A stretch of 39,598 nucleotides of DNA, taken from contig CAJQNX010000096.1 in NCBI GenBank assembly GCA_905479795.1, positions 1-39,598 on the forward strand, read 5' to 3'. Source of the DNA: an uncultured Candidatus Midichloriaceae bacterium (GTDB lineage: Bacteria > Pseudomonadota > Alphaproteobacteria > Rickettsiales > Midichloriaceae). Both the position numbers and the translations under genes were made by a program. This document shows, in pieces, positions 32,655 through 39,598 of this stretch (positions are counted from its first letter, which is position 1; each line of letters begins with the position of its first letter). The notes beneath the pieces were generated by a model. The model was not told the origin of the DNA. It did no database searches and saw only the letters and a list, made by a program, of their open reading frames with translations.

Positions 32655-32879
32655 GTGAAGAGAGCCCAATGTGTCAGAGTAAAATTGATTAAAAAAGAGA
32701 AATAATTTCTTGATGAAACCCTATCAGACTTTAGCCTCGTGAATAGCATTTAAGTCCTGAAAATTTAAATAAAACACATTACTATTATTACTACTATAAG
32801 CTATATGAAAAATTTCATATAGAGTGCTATGTGTGATTGACCCTAAAAAGATAAGAAGAATAGTGAGAAGACATTGCCA

Positions 32880-33928
32880 GTTATTTATCCGGTGATATTG
32901 AAATCAGTTTTGAAAGAATAATTAATAAAAGCTTAGAACAAGAAAAAGTCTTTCTAGAATATTTTTACCTTATTATAGTGGACTGAAAATTACAAAAACA
33001 GATTTTGATATGGATATTTATGAATTAAGTAGTTTTGATAGTATTAACAAAAATCACAGTAATTCTATTGAATTTATCGTAAATTACAAGAAATCAGAAA
33101 CAGTCTACTATGTAAAACCAATGTTTACAAATCAATTGATAAATTTAATAATAGCAAATTCATTATTTAGGGTATGTCTTTGGCAAAGAGTTTATTCCTG
33201 AGGTTGGAGTTGCAATAGAAAATAAATTAAATGCTATTAAATTTTATTCGGTACTTGAAGAAGTTGATCTAGTAAATGCTAACCATTTGCCTCATTTAGC
33301 ATCTGGTTTTATAGGAAATGGATGGGGTACAGGTTATCTGCTTTCCAATATGTCGTTTGATACCAATATTGGAGAGTATCGTGAGAATGCATTCAATGCT
33401 GAAAAAGGAGGTTTGATAAATTTATTATTTCAGGATTCTGATGTTCATATAAAAAATGAGCATTATGTTATAAAAAATAATAAATATTATTATATTCGTC
33501 TAGACGTTGATCATGCAGATTTTGTATACACTCCATTATCTAATACCATGGATACTTATATACACCTTCATGATACATTGAAAAAATATAATTTTTCATG
33601 CAATGCATTAAAAATATTATCAGAACTTTTGGAAAAGCGTGAAGTATTTAGAAAAAGTATCTTGCTATCTTTAGATTATATTTCTAAAATTTTTTCAGAT
33701 GAATATATACACAGAATTTATAGAGGTGCAGAAGGATTTAAAGCAACATATGATACAAGCAATTACTATAAGCCTATAGATATCAAAAATAATGAAGAAC
33801 TTAGTGAACGAATATTGTCTAATTTTGATAATATTATTTATAACACTCAACATAGTCTAGATGAATTGATAAAAGATACTAAATTTCCTCTATTAAACGA
33901 AATCTGCAACCCTACCTACGACCTATAG
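32880..33928 (+). pseudogene. Frameshifted kinase-like gene (LepB-N/HipA/CtkA-type fold)
   Basis: YYVKP (ATP-binding Lys) in ORF 33010..33201 joins, via a frameshift near 33170, to GKEFIPEV...DSDVHIKN...IRLDVDH in ORF 33287..33928. A second frameshift lies near 32965. Confidence 0.55.
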
Positions 33929-33942
33929 TAAAAAAACATGAA

Positions 33943-33987
33943 ACATAATGGCGAAACTCAGTTATAAGAAAACTATCGCCATTATGT
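33943..33987. terminator. Hairpin between convergent pseudogenes, probable terminator
   Basis: Perfect 12-bp IR ACATAATGGCGA (33943-33954) / TCGCCATTATGT (33976-33987), with an inner AGTT/AACT pairing, 15 nt after the stop at 33928. Confidence 0.55.
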
Positions 33988-34119
33988 AGATTATAGTTAA
34001 CGTTATATTTACCCTTCCTGTTGAATATATTTTTTAATGTATCAACCATAGATACAAAATGGATTAAGCTATAGATTTCAGTCTTAAAAAATTATCCTGG
34101 AACGTTACAGAATTTATTT

Positions 34120-34430
34120 TTAACTATATAAAGTTTTGTTAATATCTCGAATTTCAATAGTGATATGTTACTAAGATTTGTTAACAAAGTATTACTTAAT
34201 AGTACTTTTTATCGTTCATTTCTTCCAGCTAAAATAGCTACTTGTAGATGAATAAAATCTTCTTTGTTATTATTAACTAAATAGTCATTATATTTTATTG
34301 CTCTTACTTTGATATTTTTCTTACCAAATACTAAAGAGCTAGCTAGAGTATCATGTATTACTTTAAGCAAACTGATAATTATAAATGCGTTTATAACATT
34401 TTCTGAATATTCAATTATGCAATGAGGCAT
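34120..34430 (-). pseudogene. 5-carboxymethyl-2-hydroxymuconate isomerase (CHMI, Pro-1 tautomerase family), pseudogene
   Basis: MPHCIIEYSEN start, IKVRA and FIHLQVAILAGR. An in-frame TAA occurs in GRNER*KVLLSN, and the C-terminal ITIEIRDINKTLYS* is in a shifted frame. Confidence 0.8.
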
Positions 34431-34708
34431 TAATTTTATCACTAAAAGATCAATGCATTAATCATACAAAAAACCTTAATGAAAATGAAGAAAATAAATA
34501 CGAATAAACTGACTCTTCATGCAGCGTCAAGTTAAAATTAGATCATATTATAGGTATTGAATAAAAGAATAAAGTCTAAAAAAAATCATAGAATTTAAAA
34601 AAATATTCAAAAATATTAGTCCCAAAGCTAACTCAGTAAATACTGATATGGTAGACTTAATGTTAATTAATAAAATTGATATTTTTTTATAAATTGAGAT
34701 ACGTATAT

Positions 34709-34732
34709 AATATAGAATTTATAAGACGGTGG
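34709..34732. repeat. 3' arm of the 16S rRNA processing stem
   Basis: AATATAGAATTTATAAGACGGTGG is the perfect 24-nt reverse complement of 36308..36331. Confidence 0.9.
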
Positions 34733-34777
34733 CGATAGTAATTGTTTTTGATAACATAAAGTTATCTATATTTGTCT

Positions 34778-36276
<1,499 letters not shown>

Positions 36277-36307
36277 GACTATTCAAGTAGTAAACTTAAA
36301 TAGTTTA

Positions 36308-36331
36308 CCACCGTCTTATAAATTCTATATT
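36308..36331. repeat. 5' arm of the 16S rRNA processing stem
   Basis: CCACCGTCTTATAAATTCTATATT pairs with 34709..34732. Confidence 0.9.
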
Positions 36332-36363
36332 TACGATTTCAAATATTATGATTCGGTAGAGAT

Positions 36364-36392
36364 ATTTATAAACTTTTTGAGCATGAAGTCAA
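36364..36392 (-). promoter_or_regulatory. Probable 16S rRNA promoter
   Basis: Minus strand TTGACT (36392-36387), 16-nt spacer, TATAAAT, just upstream of the 5' processing arm. Confidence 0.55.
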
Positions 36393-36641
36393 CGACTTTT
36401 TAACACTTATTCATATTTTTTTTTAATATCATATATAAAAGCACCTTAATATTTTGATTTTCACATCTCTTTTAGCAGCTTTCCGCCTATTTAACGTCCT
36501 CAATATAAAATAAGCTTTTATAATAAATTATCAATTTTAAATTTTTTTTATTGATTTTTAGACAACATTAAAATTTATTTATACGTATAATTTACAATTT
36601 AATACATCCTATAAAATTATCTCATGACGCAATAAATTAAT

Positions 36642-37883
36642 TTATTGTATTTTTTCTCCTATAATTTTTTCAAAAAACAAATATAGAATGGCAAGAAATA
36701 TTACATAGAAGGCTGGAGAATAATACAAATTAGTAATTTTAATTAAGTAAGAACATATGACTGGTGAAAATCCACCAAAAATTGCAATACCAAGAGTATA
36801 ACTCAATCCAACTCCGCTGTATCTTACTTCTGCAGCAAATTTTTTAATTGCATACGGATATGCTGGCGCACATAATCCACCAGCCAAAATAGGTAAAATT
36901 AATAAACCCAAAATAAATACTGAGTAATTAGTACTATTCAAAGCTACAAATGCTGGAATAAATAATAATATTGTTAAATATGTAAAAAATATAATAAAGC
37001 TCCTTGGATTGTATTTATTAGACACTTTTCCTAAAATTATCAAAGATATAATAAAAGCGAATATTGAGAAGGAAGAATACTTTAAAGCCAGTAGGTGTTC
37101 GATCTGAAGCTGCTTTTCTAAATATGGAGTTAGATACGCCATAATAGTATAAGATACAGCAGTAGTAACACCTCCTAAGGATGCTATTAAAATCATTTCT
37201 TTCCAATAATCTTTAAAAACCTTTGCAATTGGAATTTTCAAAATCTTCTGCTTTTTTTGCATGTCTATAAAATCTTTTGTTTCTGGCAGTGAAAATCTTA
37301 AATACAAACCAATTAACCCAAAAAAAGACGCAATAAAAAATGGTATTCTCCAACTCAAAAAGCTATTTATTCCCAATTTATTCATTAATATACCAACAGA
37401 TACAGCTAAAAAAGAACCCGAAACTATTGAAGCAATTATTATACCACCAGCTTGCCCCCTATTAGCTATTTTGCTATGCTCAAGCATAAACAATGCGGCA
37501 CCAGGCCCCTCACCCCCAACAAAAAATCCTTGTGATAATCTAAGCACTAATAAAAGAATTGGAGCTGCAATTCCTATAGTCTGGTACCCCGGTAAAACAG
37601 ATATAAAAAAAGTCACAATTGACATTCCAAGTATTGTATAACTCAGGCTTTTTTTTCTACCGACTTTATCTCCAAAATGTCCAAAAAAAACTGCACCAAT
37701 TGGTCTTGAAAGAAATCCTGTACCAAAAATTACAAATACCGATATCATTTGTGTAAACGAATCTAGTTTCGGAAAAAAAGACTGTCCTATCTCTTTAGCA
37801 AAAATGGCAAAAAGTGTAAAACCAAAATATTCTATTAAATTTCCCAATAATGAAGTGAAAGCAATTTTATTACTTGTCTGCAT
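36642..37883 (-). CDS. MFS transporter, MHS family (ProP-like proline/betaine:H+ symporter)
   Basis: GNLIEYFGF, RPIGAVFFGHFGDKVGRK, LRLSQGFFVGGE, WRIPF and EVRYSG motifs with about 12 TMs. Confidence 0.9.
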   Translation of the reverse strand: MQTSNKIAFTSLLGNLIEYFGFTLFAIFAKEIGQSFFPKLDSFTQMISVFVIFGTGFLSRPIGAVFFGHFGDKVGRKKSLSYTILGMSIVTFFISVLPGYQTIGIAAPILLLVLRLSQGFFVGGEGPGAALFMLEHSKIANRGQAGGIIIASIVSGSFLAVSVGILMNKLGINSFLSWRIPFFIASFFGLIGLYLRFSLPETKDFIDMQKKQKILKIPIAKVFKDYWKEMILIASLGGVTTAVSYTIMAYLTPYLEKQLQIEHLLALKYSSFSIFAFIISLIILGKVSNKYNPRSFIIFFTYLTILLFIPAFVALNSTNYSVFILGLLILPILAGGLCAPAYPYAIKKFAAEVRYSGVGLSYTLGIAIFGGFSPVICSYLIKITNLYYSPAFYVIFLAILYLFFEKIIGEKIQ

Positions 37884-37932
37884 GTTATAAATACCTAATT
37901 CTGTAAAATTAGAAATATTAGTATATATAAAT

Positions 37933-39312
37933 TTATCTTTTGCAACTGATATTATGAATCAAAATTATAGCTAAACTTGACAATATAAAGCCAGGTATAA
38001 TTTCAAATAGTTCAAACACACCACCAAAAGATTTTAATGAGCGCCATACGACGACTGTAATTCCACCTACTATTATTCCACTTAGCGCACTAAATTTTGT
38101 CATTTTTTTTAAATAAAGAGAAAATAATATAGTTGGACCGAATGCACTACCCAAACCTGCCCAGGCTAACTGAACTAAGCTCAGAATTGTGCTTTTAGGA
38201 TTAGATGCATACGCCATAGAGATCAATATTACTATAAACATAATTATTCTAGCAATCCAAATTTTATTGAATGTCCCAAATATTTTTGGGTATATATCTT
38301 CTGTTAAAGAACAAGCCGTAGCATGTAATTGAGCTGATATAGTGCTCATAATAGCTGATAGCACTGCAGCTAAAACAAAACCAGAAAGCCAGCCTGGAAA
38401 TAATTTATCCGCTGAGAGTAAAAATATTGTCTCCGGATTAATACTATCAACATTCTTAAATAGCAGTATACCAAGTAGCCCTATACAAAAAGAGCCTATT
38501 AATGATAAAATCATCCAGCTCATACAAATATTTTTTGAGGCGTTGAGAGTTTTTGATTTATCTATTGCCATAAATCTCACTAAAATATGCGGTTGACCAA
38601 AATATCCTAACCCCCAACTTAGTAAGGAAACTATCGCAATAACATCAAGATTTAAAAATGGATCTAGATTCAGATCAAGAGCCTTGATATCACTATTATC
38701 ACTGCCAATTAACATAGTAATTGGCACTAAAAGAAGTGCAAACAACATCAACAGCCCCTGCATAACATCAATTTTATTGATTGCAGTAAATCCTCCCAAA
38801 GCCGTGTATATAAAAACAAAAGCTCCACTAAAAATTAAACAATGCAAATAATCATAAGGAGTATATGTTTCGATTAAGAAGGCCAAAGCCACCAGTGCAG
38901 ATGCAATATAAATGATAAAAAATATTGCAGTTATTACCGCAACTATTATCCTTAAAAATCCAGACTTATCATCAAATCTGTTTGACAAATACCCAGCTAT
39001 AGTTACTGCATCACCATATTTTTGAGTTTTCACCCTAATTCTCCTAGCTACAAACTGCCAGTTTAAATATGCACCTATCGTCAATCCTATAGGTAACCAA
39101 ATTTCAGAGATTCCATTTAAAAATACAGCACCAGGCAATGCCATCATTACCCACCCACTCATATCAGCAGCACCAGCACCTAATGCAGCTGTAATAGCAT
39201 TCAACTTTCTACCACCTATGGCAAAACCTTTGGAAGTTTTATTTTTTTTTGAAGAATGAATTCCTATTGCAATTATTCCTATAAAATACAAAATTACTAC
39301 TAATAGCTTCAT
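37933..39312 (-). CDS. putP: Sodium/proline symporter (SSS family)
   Basis: GGRKL..AADMSGWVMMALPG, WGLGYFGQPHILVRFMA, LSAIMST and AWAGLGSAFGP. Confidence 0.93.
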   Translation of the reverse strand: MKLLVVILYFIGIIAIGIHSSKKNKTSKGFAIGGRKLNAITAALGAGAADMSGWVMMALPGAVFLNGISEIWLPIGLTIGAYLNWQFVARRIRVKTQKYGDAVTIAGYLSNRFDDKSGFLRIIVAVITAIFFIIYIASALVALAFLIETYTPYDYLHCLIFSGAFVFIYTALGGFTAINKIDVMQGLLMLFALLLVPITMLIGSDNSDIKALDLNLDPFLNLDVIAIVSLLSWGLGYFGQPHILVRFMAIDKSKTLNASKNICMSWMILSLIGSFCIGLLGILLFKNVDSINPETIFLLSADKLFPGWLSGFVLAAVLSAIMSTISAQLHATACSLTEDIYPKIFGTFNKIWIARIIMFIVILISMAYASNPKSTILSLVQLAWAGLGSAFGPTILFSLYLKKMTKFSALSGIIVGGITVVVWRSLKSFGGVFELFEIIPGFILSSLAIILIHNISCKR

Positions 39313-39400
39313 TTAATTAATTTTTTATTTTTATGACTTACTGAGAAAACTAATTCATTATACACTAAAGTGAACAAAATGATACCGTAAGATAAATTTT

Positions 39401-39598
39401 ATGCTCAAAACAAGCCAATGTTCAATTTTAACTAAAATTATATTAATAATATACCTTACATCTTTTAGTATTATTTCATGTTTTGCTAAAATTACTAACA
39501 AACCTGATTTTATATCTGGAGATTTTGATTATTATGTTTTTGCTCAAAGCTGGTATCCTACATTTTGCACAAGCGGACCAAAAAATGAATGTAAAAAT
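39401..39598 (+). CDS. Ribonuclease T2 family protein, 5' partial (runs off the window end)
   Basis: My translation: MLKTSQCSILTKIILIIYLTSFSIISCFAKITNKPDFISGDFDYYVFAQSWYPTFCTSGPKNECKN. This is a signal peptide followed by the RNase T2 N-terminal motif GDFDYYVxAxSWxPxFC. It is not in the ORF track; the catalytic His motifs lie outside the window. Confidence 0.8.
   Translation, partial: MLKTSQCSILTKIILIIYLTSFSIISCFAKITNKPDFISGDFDYYVFAQSWYPTFCTSGPKNECKN

Noticed and set aside
33972-34739. 10-nt inverted match ACTATCGCCA / TGGCGATAGT between the 33943 hairpin and the 16S trailer
   Set aside because: Short enough to be chance, and each site has its own local explanation.

Overview
AT-rich chromosomal window from a Rickettsiales-like alphaproteobacterium (stand-alone 16S rRNA gene, pleD, ProP-like MFS, unfused rpoB/rpoC; Midichloriaceae-like affinity is my impression, not a database result). 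It is mostly housekeeping: ABC-F ATPase, htpG, pleD, der, AhpD-like gene, petB, secE-nusG-rplKAJL-rpoBC, tRNA-Arg(TCT), lptF/G, recR, an SDR, a CPA2 antiporter, nhaA, lolC/E, tyrS, three tandem lipoproteins, 16S rRNA, proP-like, putP and the 5' end of an RNase T2 gene. Five decayed loci are interspersed: an IS1-family transposase, a repeat-bearing ABC transporter, a polysaccharide deacetylase-like gene, a LepB/HipA-like kinase and a CHMI tautomerase. The most notable observations are (1) two unrelated tandem lipoproteins that share a 72/74-nt identical cassette covering exactly the start codon region and signal peptide/lipobox, (2) Shine-Dalgarno sites that match this genome's variant 16S 3' tail and accompany mostly non-ATG starts, (3) an orphan petB and many other split operons, (4) a frameshifted effector-like kinase, and (5) an AhpD lacking the catalytic Glu. 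I saw no CRISPR array, prophage or intact mobile element, and no large novel multi-gene system could be supported.
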